A stretch of 64,000 bases of DNA from Bacteroidales bacterium (GTDB taxonomy: Bacteria; Bacteroidota; Bacteroidia; Bacteroidales; CG2-30-32-10): assembly GCA_035353855.1 (NCBI GenBank), contig DAOQAK010000002.1, positions 10,967-74,966 on the forward strand. Direction: 5' to 3'. The notes below the pieces were generated by a model. It was given only the letters and a program-made list of their open reading frames with translations, did no database searches and was not told the DNA's origin. The position numbers and the translations under genes were made by a program. Shown one piece after another: positions 11,221-20,350 of the stretch. The first letter of the stretch is position 1. Every line of letters begins with the position of its first letter.

Positions 11221-12207
11221 TTGAATAATAAAGAAGAAATATTTAAAATTAATACAGAAGAAGAATTCAATCGTATTTCTTTAGAAGTTTTTAAATATCA
11301 ATTTGAGATAAATAAGGTATATCAAAGATTTGCTAAATGTTTTATACAAAACAGCGATGATGTAAAAAATTATTTTGACATCCCATTTCTCCCTATTGAA
11401 TTTTTTAAAAAAGAAAAAATTATTTGCACTGATACTTTGCCGGAGATTGTTTTCAGGAGCAGCGGTACATCGGGTATTGGTGAAAGCTGTCATTATGTTT
11501 CCGATTTATCAGTTTATAAAACAAGCGCTGTTAAAGGATTTGAAATGATTTATGGTTCTTTAAACGACTACACCATACTTGCATTACTTCCCTCGTACCT
11601 TGAACGCAGCAATTCATCACTGGTGTGGATGATTGAACATTTTATTTCATTAAGTGATTACAAAAACGATTGCGGTTTTTTCCTGGATGATCATAATACA
11701 TTAATAAAAAAAATAAAAATATTAAAAGATTTACCTTCGCGAAAGGTACTGCTATTGGGCGTTTCTTACGCGTTGCTTGATTTAGCTGAAAAAATAAATT
11801 TCTCTTTAGAAAATATTATTGTGATGGAAACCGGTGGTATGAAAGGAAAGCGCAAAGAAATGGTTCGTGAAGAATTACATGAAATACTTTGTGAAAAGAT
11901 AGGAATTGCTGCTGTTCATTCGGAATATGGCATGACAGAAATGCTCTCGCAGGCTTATTCACAGGGAAATGGAAAATTCAAATGTCCTCCGTGGATGAAA
12001 ATTCTTATACGAGAAACCAACGATCCGCTTACATTTGCAACTACAGGAAAAACGGGTGGCATAAATATTATTGACCTTGCAAATATTAATTCCTGTTCGT
12101 TTATTGCAACACAGGATTTAGGGAAACTCCATAATGATGAAACGTTCGAGGTACTTGGAAGGTTTGACAGCAGCGATGTTCGCGGTTGTAACCTGATGGT
12201 AAATTAA
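11221..12207 (+). CDS. LuxE-like acyl-protein synthetase / acyl-transferase
   Basis: FRSSGTSG, METGGMKG, SEYGMTEMLSQAY, IATQDLG, GRFDSSDVRGCN. Confidence 0.8.
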   Translation: MNNKEEIFKINTEEEFNRISLEVFKYQFEINKVYQRFAKCFIQNSDDVKNYFDIPFLPIEFFKKEKIICTDTLPEIVFRSSGTSGIGESCHYVSDLSVYKTSAVKGFEMIYGSLNDYTILALLPSYLERSNSSLVWMIEHFISLSDYKNDCGFFLDDHNTLIKKIKILKDLPSRKVLLLGVSYALLDLAEKINFSLENIIVMETGGMKGKRKEMVREELHEILCEKIGIAAVHSEYGMTEMLSQAYSQGNGKFKCPPWMKILIRETNDPLTFATTGKTGGINIIDLANINSCSFIATQDLGKLHNDETFEVLGRFDSSDVRGCNLMVN

Positions 12208-12241
12208 AAATTAAAAAGATTTTAGTCATTGAATAAAAAAA

Positions 12242-12263
12242 GCGAAACAATAATTTGTTTCGC
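12242..12263. terminator. Bidirectional terminator between convergent genes
   Basis: GCGAAACAA-taat-TTGTTTCGC with A run before and T run after. Confidence 0.6.
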
Positions 12264-12291
12264 CCGCTTTTTATTATATGTAATGATAAAA

Positions 12292-13518
12292 TTATTTCGA
12301 ATACAATGCAATAATTTTCAAAATAACCTGGACTGCCTTTTCCATGCTTTCCACAGGAACATATTCCATTTTACCGTGGAAGTTATGTCCGCCTGCAAAT
12401 ATGTTGGGGCAGGGAAGTCCCATGAATGAAAGTCTTGCGCCATCGGTTCCTCCGCGGATAGGAACAACTTTCGGAACAATGCCAATTTCTTCCATTGCTT
12501 TTTTTGCGGTTTCAACAATGTGAAATGTTTTTTCAACTTGTTCACGCATGTTGTAATATTGATCTTTTATTTCAAGAACGACTGTATTTTCGCGGTATTT
12601 GGCGTTCATGTAATCGACCGTTTGTTTGATGAAAACTTTTTTAGCTTCAAATTTTTTACGGTCATGATCGCGGATGATATATTGGATGCTGGCATTTTCA
12701 ACACTGCCTTCCATTTTTATCAGATGATAAAATCCTTCATAATCCTGTGTGAATTCAGGTCTTTCATTAACAGGTAACATGGCGTTGAATTCCATGGCGA
12801 GAATCATTGCATTTATCATTTTATCCTTAGCATACCCGGGATGAATGTTTCTTCCGTTGAAAATAACTTTAGCATGAGCGGCATTGAAATTTTCATATTC
12901 AAGTTCCCCAATACCGCCGCCATCCATGGTATAAGCAAATTCTGCATTGAATTTTTCCACATCGAATTTATCAACGCCGCGACCTATTTCTTCATCAGGA
13001 GTAAACCCAATTTTTATTGTTCCGTGTTTTATTTCAGGATGGTCAATTAAAAATTTTACGGCAGTCATTATTTCAGCAATTCCTGCTTTATCATCGGCGC
13101 CAAGTAATGTATTTCCATCAGTAGTTATTAGTGTTTGTCCTATGTATTCTAATAATTCAGGAAATTCTTTAGTGGAAAGAACAATATTTTTTGTTTGATT
13201 CAAAACAATATCTTTACCATCGAAATTTTGAAGGATCTGCGGATTCACGTTAACACCGGGCATATCAGGGCTTGTGTCCATGTGAGCAATGAAACCTATT
13301 ACAGGGATTTTCTTAGTAGTGTTAGCAGGAAGTGTAGCCATCAGGTAACAATGTTCATCGAGTGAAACATCTTTCAGCCCCATTTCCTGAAGTTCGTTTT
13401 GTAATATCTTTGCAAGATCAAATTGTTTTGATGTGCTTGGATAAGTCTGTGAGTTATCATCAGACTGTGTATCGATTTTTATGTATTTCAAAAATCTTTC
13501 AAAAACTTCTTTTTTCAT
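12292..13518 (-). CDS. pepT: Peptidase T (tripeptide aminopeptidase, M20B)
   Basis: [45 protein letters not shown]. Confidence 0.96.
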   Translation of the reverse strand: MKKEVFERFLKYIKIDTQSDDNSQTYPSTSKQFDLAKILQNELQEMGLKDVSLDEHCYLMATLPANTTKKIPVIGFIAHMDTSPDMPGVNVNPQILQNFDGKDIVLNQTKNIVLSTKEFPELLEYIGQTLITTDGNTLLGADDKAGIAEIMTAVKFLIDHPEIKHGTIKIGFTPDEEIGRGVDKFDVEKFNAEFAYTMDGGGIGELEYENFNAAHAKVIFNGRNIHPGYAKDKMINAMILAMEFNAMLPVNERPEFTQDYEGFYHLIKMEGSVENASIQYIIRDHDRKKFEAKKVFIKQTVDYMNAKYRENTVVLEIKDQYYNMREQVEKTFHIVETAKKAMEEIGIVPKVVPIRGGTDGARLSFMGLPCPNIFAGGHNFHGKMEYVPVESMEKAVQVILKIIALYSK

Positions 13519-13538
13519 AAATAGTAATATTTAAAATT

Positions 13539-13578
13539 TAACCACAGAGAAAACTGAGTACGCACAAAGAGCACGGAG
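13539..13578 (+). repeat. Left 40-bp inverted arm of the GxxExxY cassette
   Basis: TAACCACAGAG-AAAACTGAG-TACGCACAAAG-AGCACGGAG; 29/40 ungapped identity to the reverse complement of 13961-14000. Confidence 0.8.
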
Positions 13579-13579
13579 T

Positions 13580-13957
13580 TTAGTATCCATGTATTAATCG
13601 TTTGATACCATCTTTTAATTTAACTACATTAAAATTTATTAGCAAACCAATTCTGCATTTAGATAACTTCAAATATGTCAAAACTTGTGCAACATGAATA
13701 TCATTTATTGCATCAACTGATTTTATTTCAATAACCACGCTATTTTCAACAAGTAAGTCAATCCTATAACCGCATTCCATTTTTATTTCTTCATAAATTA
13801 AAGGAAGTGGTTTTTCTTTTTCTACAACTAATCCTGATTTAATAAGTTCATAAAATAAACACTCTTTATAAGCAGACTCAAGTAAACCAGGACCAAGATT
13901 GCTATGAACTTTAATTGCACACCCAATAATCTTTTCCGTTATTTCATTTTCTTTCAT
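13580..13957 (-). CDS. GxxExxY protein (PD-(D/E)XK_3 nuclease fold)
   Basis: MKENEITEKIIGCAIKVHSNLGPGLLESAY, YRIDLLVE, IEIKS, GLLINF; ATG at 13957 (the ORF-track extension reads through the repeat arm and opt). Confidence 0.92.
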   Translation of the reverse strand: MKENEITEKIIGCAIKVHSNLGPGLLESAYKECLFYELIKSGLVVEKEKPLPLIYEEIKMECGYRIDLLVENSVVIEIKSVDAINDIHVAQVLTYLKLSKCRIGLLINFNVVKLKDGIKRLIHGY

Positions 13958-13960
13958 TCT

Positions 13961-14000
13961 CTCTGTTGTTTCTGTGCCTGCTCGGTGAACTCTGTGGTTA
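13961..14000 (-). repeat. Right 40-bp inverted arm of the GxxExxY cassette
   Basis: Minus strand TAACCACAGAG-TTCACCGAG-CAGGCACAGAA-ACAACAGAG, ending 3 nt before the ATG. Confidence 0.8.
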
Positions 14001-14003
14001 TTT

Positions 14004-16016
14004 TTAATCTTCTTCTTTAGCCCGGAATGATTCCCATACAAAGTATGCTATAAGCCCTATAAAAGCAACTAAAGCTGTTACCTGTGCTCCAACAGAATTT
14101 TCATCACCCCAAACTTTAAGATTCAGTACTTCACCATCACCGGTAAAGAAAATGATGAATGCACCAATTACACCAAATAATGCTGCTCCTGCAATAAATC
14201 CCGATGATATAAGAATACCACGTTGAACACGGGAATTAGCCAGCTTTTCATTTTTAGTACTTTTAGTAAACCAATGATTCAGCAATCCACCAACAACAAG
14301 AGGCGTGTTAAGAGGAAGCGGAATGAACATACCTAATGCGAAAGCAAGAGGAGATATTTTAAGCCAGTTGATCAATATGGAAATAATTGCTCCTATGCCA
14401 AGTAAAACCCAGCTAACACCAGCGCCTGACATCAGCGGTTCAATAATTGCTGCCATTGCATTTGCCTGTGGTGCGGTCATTGGATTCGGGTGTTCGGGTG
14501 TTTGAACAAAACCATATGCCTGGTTTAAAATAAATATAACAATACCAACAGTTGCAGCAGAAACTAATGTCCCCAGGAATTTAAATGATTCTTGTTTTCT
14601 TGGAGTAGTTCCAAGCCAGTAACCAACTTTTAAATCGGTAATAAAACCTCCTGCCATTGACAATGCAGTACAAACAATTCCTCCAATTATCAATGAACTT
14701 ACCATTCCCTGCCAACCTCTTAATCCAACGGAAACAAGTACAGCTGAAGAAAGTATCAAAGTCATTAATGTCATACCTGAAACAGGATTAGAGCCAACAA
14801 TCGCTATTGCATTTGCGGCAACTGTTGTAAAAAGAAATGAAATAATCAGTACGGTTAATAAAGCTACGATTGCTTGTACCAGCGTAATTTTAACTCCGAA
14901 TATCAGGAAAATAAAAACGGCGATCAATGCCAGAAATATGAACAACATCACAAAAGACATTTTCAAATCTTTTTGTGTTCTTTCAACTTTGGCTTCAGCA
15001 TGAGTTTTTGCTCCCATTCCAAAAGCCAGTTTGAAAGCACTTCCAATTACTCCTGATGATTTTATAATTCCTATAATTCCGGCCATTGCAATAGCGCCAA
15101 TTCCGATAGGACGAACATAAGCTTTGAAAATTTCTTCTGCTGTCATGGCATCAAAAGGATTTACTCCTCCGCTTAATGTTGCCGAAAGATTTCCAATTTC
15201 GTTGACCAGAGGTATTAGAACTAACCAGGATAATAATGATCCAACAGTTATGATCAGTGCATATCGGAGTCCAACCAGATAACCAAAACTAAAAATCAGG
15301 GCGCTTACATTGAATTTAAGAACCATTTTTACTTTGGTGGCAAGTGTTTCTCCTATAGGAATAATACGTGTTGTAATTTCTTCACTCCAAAGTTTAAATG
15401 CGGAAAAGCAAAAATCAAAAATGCCACCAATTAAACCACTAACGATAAGTAGTTTTGCCTGGGTGCCGCCTTTTTCGCCGGTCATAAGGATTTCTGTAGT
15501 AGCTGTAGCTTCGGGGAAAGGAAGTTTTCCATGCATATCTTTTACAAAATATTTGCGGAAAGGAATAAGGAATAAAATTCCTAAGAAGCCTCCCAATAGT
15601 GATGAAAAGAATATCTGCCAAAAATCAACCTGTATTTCTGGATACTTTGCCTGAAGAATATATAGGCCGGGGATTGTGAAAACAGCACCTGCTACAATTA
15701 CTCCTGAACATGCCCCGATTGACTGGATAATTACATTCTGCCCGAGCGCATTTTTTTTACGCACAGCGGCTGAAGCTCCTACGGCAATAATTGAAATAGG
15801 AATGGCTGCTTCAAATACCTGTCCTATCTTTAATCCAGAGTATGCTGCAGCTGCTGAAAAAATAAGAGCCATTAATAATCCCATTCCTACAGACCATGCT
15901 GTAACTTCAGGAAACAGGCTGCTGGCTGGCATTACAGGTTTGTATTCTTCTCCCTCTTTTAATTCGCGATAAGCGTTTTCGGGTAAACTTTTAGTTTCAG
16001 TAATTTGTTCTGACAT
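14004..16016 (-). CDS. OPT-family oligopeptide transporter
   Basis: AAYSGLKIGQVFEAAIP, LPFPEATAT, SNPVSGMT, DLKVGYWLGTTPRKQ, APQANAMA; many TM segments. Confidence 0.93.
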   Translation of the reverse strand: MSEQITETKSLPENAYRELKEGEEYKPVMPASSLFPEVTAWSVGMGLLMALIFSAAAAYSGLKIGQVFEAAIPISIIAVGASAAVRKKNALGQNVIIQSIGACSGVIVAGAVFTIPGLYILQAKYPEIQVDFWQIFFSSLLGGFLGILFLIPFRKYFVKDMHGKLPFPEATATTEILMTGEKGGTQAKLLIVSGLIGGIFDFCFSAFKLWSEEITTRIIPIGETLATKVKMVLKFNVSALIFSFGYLVGLRYALIITVGSLLSWLVLIPLVNEIGNLSATLSGGVNPFDAMTAEEIFKAYVRPIGIGAIAMAGIIGIIKSSGVIGSAFKLAFGMGAKTHAEAKVERTQKDLKMSFVMLFIFLALIAVFIFLIFGVKITLVQAIVALLTVLIISFLFTTVAANAIAIVGSNPVSGMTLMTLILSSAVLVSVGLRGWQGMVSSLIIGGIVCTALSMAGGFITDLKVGYWLGTTPRKQESFKFLGTLVSAATVGIVIFILNQAYGFVQTPEHPNPMTAPQANAMAAIIEPLMSGAGVSWVLLGIGAIISILINWLKISPLAFALGMFIPLPLNTPLVVGGLLNHWFTKSTKNEKLANSRVQRGILISSGFIAGAALFGVIGAFIIFFTGDGEVLNLKVWGDENSVGAQVTALVAFIGLIAYFVWESFRAKEED

Positions 16017-16075
16017 AATTATATTATTTTGAAAGGACTAAACTATAAAAATTATTTGAATAAAATGGAGAATTA

Positions 16076-16360
16076 TTAAATAGGATTTTCTTGATATTTA
16101 ATAAATCCGAATATATCAATGATATGTTCGTTTGGATTGATATAAAATACTATTGTATACCCTTTATAAATTAAATCTCTTATATTTTCATTTTCAAAAT
16201 AAATTGACTTTCTGTGTTTGTAAGGATTGGGAATGATATTGTTTATTTCTTTAATAATATCATTTTTAAATTTCCTTGCTCTTGGAGGGCTGTCTTTTGC
16301 TATATAATCAACCTGCTGTGAGAGCCTTGAAATAAAAGAATCTTTAACCCTTATTTTCAT
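16076..16360 (-). CDS. RelE/ParE-family type II toxin
   Basis: 94 aa; DYIAKDSPPRARKF, IRDLIYKGYTIVFYI; ATG at 16360 overlaps the 3' end of the upstream small gene. Confidence 0.8.
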   Translation of the reverse strand: MKIRVKDSFISRLSQQVDYIAKDSPPRARKFKNDIIKEINNIIPNPYKHRKSIYFENENIRDLIYKGYTIVFYINPNEHIIDIFGFIKYQENPI

Positions 16361-16583
16361 TTTTTTTAATAATGTTTTCAAGATTATTTTCCAAATCTTC
16401 TATAGAATGATAAGTGGCATTTCCTTCTTTTACCTGATTAAATTCATTCAGAAGGTAGTTTTGTATGGATAAGTATTTCTCATCTTCGGTGATTACTTCA
16501 ATCTCATTTTTTTTAAATTTTCCCAGTAAACGCATGAGATTATTATAAATGTTGTCGCTAACGCGTATCCGTAATGTTTGCAT
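16344..16583 (-). CDS. Cognate antitoxin (putative)
   Basis: 79 aa, MQTLRIRVSD RHH-like start, acidic C-half, 17-bp overlap with the toxin. Confidence 0.65.
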   Translation of the reverse strand: MQTLRIRVSDNIYNNLMRLLGKFKKNEIEVITEDEKYLSIQNYLLNEFNQVKEGNATYHSIEDLENNLENIIKKNENKG

Positions 16584-16601
16584 GTTTTCTTACTTTAGAA
16601 A

Positions 16602-16609
16602 CAAAGATA
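16602..16609 (-). promoter_or_regulatory. -7 promoter box for the TA pair
   Basis: TATCTTTG on the minus strand 18 nt upstream of the antitoxin ATG. Confidence 0.55.
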
Positions 16610-16630
16610 TTATTTTTTTAGAAAATATTT

Positions 16631-17908
16631 TTAAATTTTATCTAAATCAATTTCCAATAATTCATCCCATTTTGTAGTAAACTTTTTTGAAAGCTTTTCC
16701 TGCCTGAGCTTCCATCTGCGGTGTGTACCCTGTATGGCATATTTTACAACATCTTTTCCCATAGTTGCAGTGATGCGGTCGAGAACGGGCATTATTTTTT
16801 TTTGTTTACTTCTGTCAATGTTATCCCAAAAGCTGAGCTGTTCGTGGGTTGCAGGAATTAATTCAGTAAACATCACTCCAGCTTTTTTATATCGGTATCC
16901 TTTTTTAAATAATAATTTTAGAAGTTTTGCAGCATGTTCAATTAGTTCGGGAGTATTGTTTGTAGGAGTTGTAATATGAAGCGTTTTAAAATTCACGTAT
17001 TTTGGATCATCCGAAAAACGGTTTGTCATAACAAAAACCGTTATTACGGTTACGTAAGAATTTTGTTTACGCAGTTTTTCAGCACATCGTGATGTGAAAG
17101 TAGAAACCGCTTCTTCAAGAATAGAGTACTCGGTAACAGCTGTTCCAAATGAGCGTGAGTGGGTAATTCCTTTTTTACCTGGCGGATTTGATTCCATCGA
17201 AATGCATGGTTTTCCGCGAAGCTCCTCAACTGTTCGTAACCCAACTATATGCAAATGTTTGCGTATCCAACTGTCATTCATTTTTGATAAATCCAATGCA
17301 TTGAGAATATTTTGTTCTTTCAAAAATTTTGAAAATTGCCACCCGATACCCCAGATATCGTTGACCGGTGTAAGTTTCAGTGCTTTTTCAAAATCATTGC
17401 TGTTGGTCAAATCCATTACCCCGTTAAAGGCATCATGTTTTTTTGCAAGATGATTGGCTACTTTAGCAAGGGTTTTTGTTGTACTGATTCCAACAGAAAC
17501 AGGAATGCCTGTCCATTGCAAAACGGTATTTCTGATTTTATGTCCATATGCTTCATAATCTTTTATATTCATACCTGATATTTCAAGGAAAGCCTCGTCA
17601 ATACTATAGATCTCAATATCTGATGAAAAGTTATTAAGTATTTCCATTACACGATTCGACATATCGCCATATAATGCAAAGTTGGAAGAAAATACGGCAA
17701 CATTATTTTTTTCAATAATATCGGTCATGTGAAATGCAGGCTCTCCCATTTTTATTCCGATTTCTTTAGCTTCTTTTGAGCGCGAAATAACACAACCATC
17801 ATTGTTTGAAAGCACCACCACGGGCTTATTTTCAAGCCGGGGAGAAAAAACTTTTTCGCATGAAGCATAAAAACTGTTGCAGTCGATTAATGCAAATATT
17901 TTTTTCAA
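16631..17908 (-). CDS. umuC: Y-family DNA polymerase, UmuC-like (DUF4113-type tail)
   Basis: FALIDCNSFYASCE, YSIDEAF, TKTLAKVAN, WKLRQEKLSKKFTTKWDEL; probable TTG start at 17908. Confidence 0.88.
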   Translation of the reverse strand: MKKIFALIDCNSFYASCEKVFSPRLENKPVVVLSNNDGCVISRSKEAKEIGIKMGEPAFHMTDIIEKNNVAVFSSNFALYGDMSNRVMEILNNFSSDIEIYSIDEAFLEISGMNIKDYEAYGHKIRNTVLQWTGIPVSVGISTTKTLAKVANHLAKKHDAFNGVMDLTNSNDFEKALKLTPVNDIWGIGWQFSKFLKEQNILNALDLSKMNDSWIRKHLHIVGLRTVEELRGKPCISMESNPPGKKGITHSRSFGTAVTEYSILEEAVSTFTSRCAEKLRKQNSYVTVITVFVMTNRFSDDPKYVNFKTLHITTPTNNTPELIEHAAKLLKLLFKKGYRYKKAGVMFTELIPATHEQLSFWDNIDRSKQKKIMPVLDRITATMGKDVVKYAIQGTHRRWKLRQEKLSKKFTTKWDELLEIDLDKI

Positions 17909-17957
17909 TGAGATGTTCTTAGAATTTTTAAGTGTGTTATGTTTATACAAAAATAAA

Positions 17958-17984
17958 GAAAGCCCGGAAGATTTCCGAGCTTTC
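17958..17984 (-). terminator. Intrinsic terminator of the C25 genes, overlapping the umuC promoter region
   Basis: 12-bp stem (one G.U on the minus strand), 3-nt loop, followed by UUUAUUUUUG; contains GGA-AGATT-TCC. Confidence 0.7.
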
Positions 17985-18003
17985 AAAATATTTGTTGAGA
18001 AAA

Positions 18004-20295
18004 TTAATTGATAACAATTTTCTTGTAACCTACATTTCCATTTTCATTATATTTCAATAAGTAAACGCCTTTTGAAAGATTACTTAAATCAATTTGTTTG
18101 GTGAAAATAGTATTATCTTTTGCAATGTTTTCAGAGTAAACAGTTTTTCCAACAAGATCTACGATATCAATATTATAATTTCCATTGATTGAATTTATAA
18201 TTGATAAAGTAATATTGTCGGTAGCAGGATTAGGATAAACGCTTACAGTTTGGTCTAACAGTTCAGCAATGTCAACAGTGCTTTGAACCGTAACATCTTG
18301 TGTTGAAGTCATTAAATTAAAACCGGTAACAGTTAATTTAGCAGTAGCACCGGCAGTTAACCCATGAGTGATTGTAACCTGTCCTGAAGCATTAGTTAAA
18401 GCAGATGTTGGTTGATTGGTACCATCCCAAATTGAAACCAGTGCGTTTGCAAATGGAGTTCCGTTTACAGTAACTGTCGTTGTAAATGGGTCGGTGGTAA
18501 CAATGCTGTTTGATAAAACGATATCTTTTGGAGTATCTGTTCTGATTTGTAATGCAGGGTCGCCAAAGACAGTCCAGGTTTTCATTGTACCTAAATAAGA
18601 GCTCATTTCTGAATAAGCTAATGCACCACCATTTACTACAATTGAACCAAAATGAGTTTTTCCATGGTCAGTGTTAGTACCTGACTCGGGGTTGGTGTAT
18701 GTATGTCCTCCAACTACCATATCATTCAGGTAGTCTTGTCCTGCCATTGGTTCGGTCCAATCCTGACTAACAGATGACATAAGTGCTGCAACTGCACCAC
18801 CACCTGATTTACGTAACCATGCTTCAGCAAAACAAATGGATGAACCATTAAAATTTCCGTTAAGACAAGCAACGCTGAAAATAAACGGAAGTTTTTCTCC
18901 ATTTGTCAAACTGTTAACGTTAGTATTACTATAATTTGTGGATACCCATAAGTTATAATCTCCGTGTCCACAATAATTAGCAATACTTACTCCACCATTA
19001 ACTGCTGTAGAAACATTACTTGCAGAGTTAGATTCTAATAACGTAGCGTTAGATGTGTAAGTAAATTTACTTAACTTATTATTATAAATATTTGCAACAT
19101 GTGAATAATCATATTCGTTATCATCACCTTGGCCGTTTGAAGCAGGACTGCCAATGGTTAAAGATTTTTTATACCAGGTACCGCTGGCTGTAGGTGTTTT
19201 TTCGTAATTAATGGTTTTGTTCACTTGAGTTGTAACATCTGTTGTTGAAGAAACTGAAAATCTTCCAACACATATATCTATGTTGTTATCTGTACCGACA
19301 ACACAACCTAACATTGGATCTGTTGCGCCTGTTGTCTGATTATAACTAATCGTTGGAGATTTCACATCAGCATAATCGCCAACTAATAATACATAAAATA
19401 GTTTTGTATTTGCAGTATATGCATTTTTAATTGTTGTAGTTACATCAGTTCCTGCTGTTACAGTTTGTAAAGTAACACTATATCCCATTTGTTTTTTCCA
19501 GTCGATGTATGGCTGAACAGCGGAAGCATAAGTAGAAGTAGTAATAACTAATATATCACCGGTTTCACCTACTTCGTTTGACCAGTTTGTTTTATTATTA
19601 TCAAAATTGATAAATACATTTTTGTACATATCCAATGCTTCATTCACTTCAGTCTTGCTAATACTGGTTAGTGGATTTACAGGTGTAGTATTGTTTTCAG
19701 TAAGTTTAACGTTAATGGTATTATATACTCTTAATATCTTTTTTGCAGCATTATACTGCATAGGGTATACATATACACTTGTTCCTCTAACATTCCTGAT
19801 AATAAAAGGATCGACAGTTGTTGCAAGGTCAACAGGATACCATGCATCAACTAAAGAAGCCGGATCAATTTCATAAGGAATTGTTGAAGGGTCCTGGTTG
19901 CGTGTAATAGTTCCTCTTGAAGGTAAGAGCGGAAAATCCAAATTATAATCAGTATATGTTCCGTTTTCAACTTCCATAGAAACATTTTTTTCTGGATCTA
20001 ATTGAACGGTAGCATGTATAATAGGTAATTCAGCGTATCCTTTTTTATTAGTAGATACGCCATTTTTTTCAAATTCAATAGATGAGTATGTAACTCCATT
20101 TTCAGTTCTTTCTGTGATTTTAAAATTATCAATAGTAAAAAGTAAATTCATAACGTTACTTTTTACCTGGTTGAATTCAACAGAAAAGTTTTTTCCTTTT
20201 CGGTTTACTTGTGCAGAGCTGTTAAGCCCCATAAAGCAAAGTGCACTAATGACGATTATCGTCATAAATTTAAAGTGTAAATAATTTTTTTTCAT
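18004..20295 (-). CDS. C25 gingipain-family cysteine protease, RgpB-like, with T9SS C-terminal domain
   Basis: Propeptide; VGRFS...QVNKTINYEK, DDNEYDYSH, NYCGHG, SVACLNGNF, QDWTEPMAGQD, TWTVFGDP; CTD VYPNP...KKIVIN. Confidence 0.9.
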   Translation of the reverse strand: MKKNYLHFKFMTIIVISALCFMGLNSSAQVNRKGKNFSVEFNQVKSNVMNLLFTIDNFKITERTENGVTYSSIEFEKNGVSTNKKGYAELPIIHATVQLDPEKNVSMEVENGTYTDYNLDFPLLPSRGTITRNQDPSTIPYEIDPASLVDAWYPVDLATTVDPFIIRNVRGTSVYVYPMQYNAAKKILRVYNTINVKLTENNTTPVNPLTSISKTEVNEALDMYKNVFINFDNNKTNWSNEVGETGDILVITTSTYASAVQPYIDWKKQMGYSVTLQTVTAGTDVTTTIKNAYTANTKLFYVLLVGDYADVKSPTISYNQTTGATDPMLGCVVGTDNNIDICVGRFSVSSTTDVTTQVNKTINYEKTPTASGTWYKKSLTIGSPASNGQGDDNEYDYSHVANIYNNKLSKFTYTSNATLLESNSASNVSTAVNGGVSIANYCGHGDYNLWVSTNYSNTNVNSLTNGEKLPFIFSVACLNGNFNGSSICFAEAWLRKSGGGAVAALMSSVSQDWTEPMAGQDYLNDMVVGGHTYTNPESGTNTDHGKTHFGSIVVNGGALAYSEMSSYLGTMKTWTVFGDPALQIRTDTPKDIVLSNSIVTTDPFTTTVTVNGTPFANALVSIWDGTNQPTSALTNASGQVTITHGLTAGATAKLTVTGFNLMTSTQDVTVQSTVDIAELLDQTVSVYPNPATDNITLSIINSINGNYNIDIVDLVGKTVYSENIAKDNTIFTKQIDLSNLSKGVYLLKYNENGNVGYKKIVIN

Positions 20296-20350
20296 AATGT
20301 TTTAGAGTTTGGTGTAATTAAATTTTAATTTATATTCATTTTTGTTTGTA

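Noticed and set aside
11221-12207. Bioluminescence (lux) system
   Set aside because: Only a lone LuxE-like gene without luxAB/C/D; such standalone genes are common in Bacteroidota.
13958-14041. 28-aa N-terminal extension of the GxxExxY ORF
   Set aside because: It reads through the repeat arm and overlaps the opt 3' end; the family-typical start is MKENEIT at 13957.
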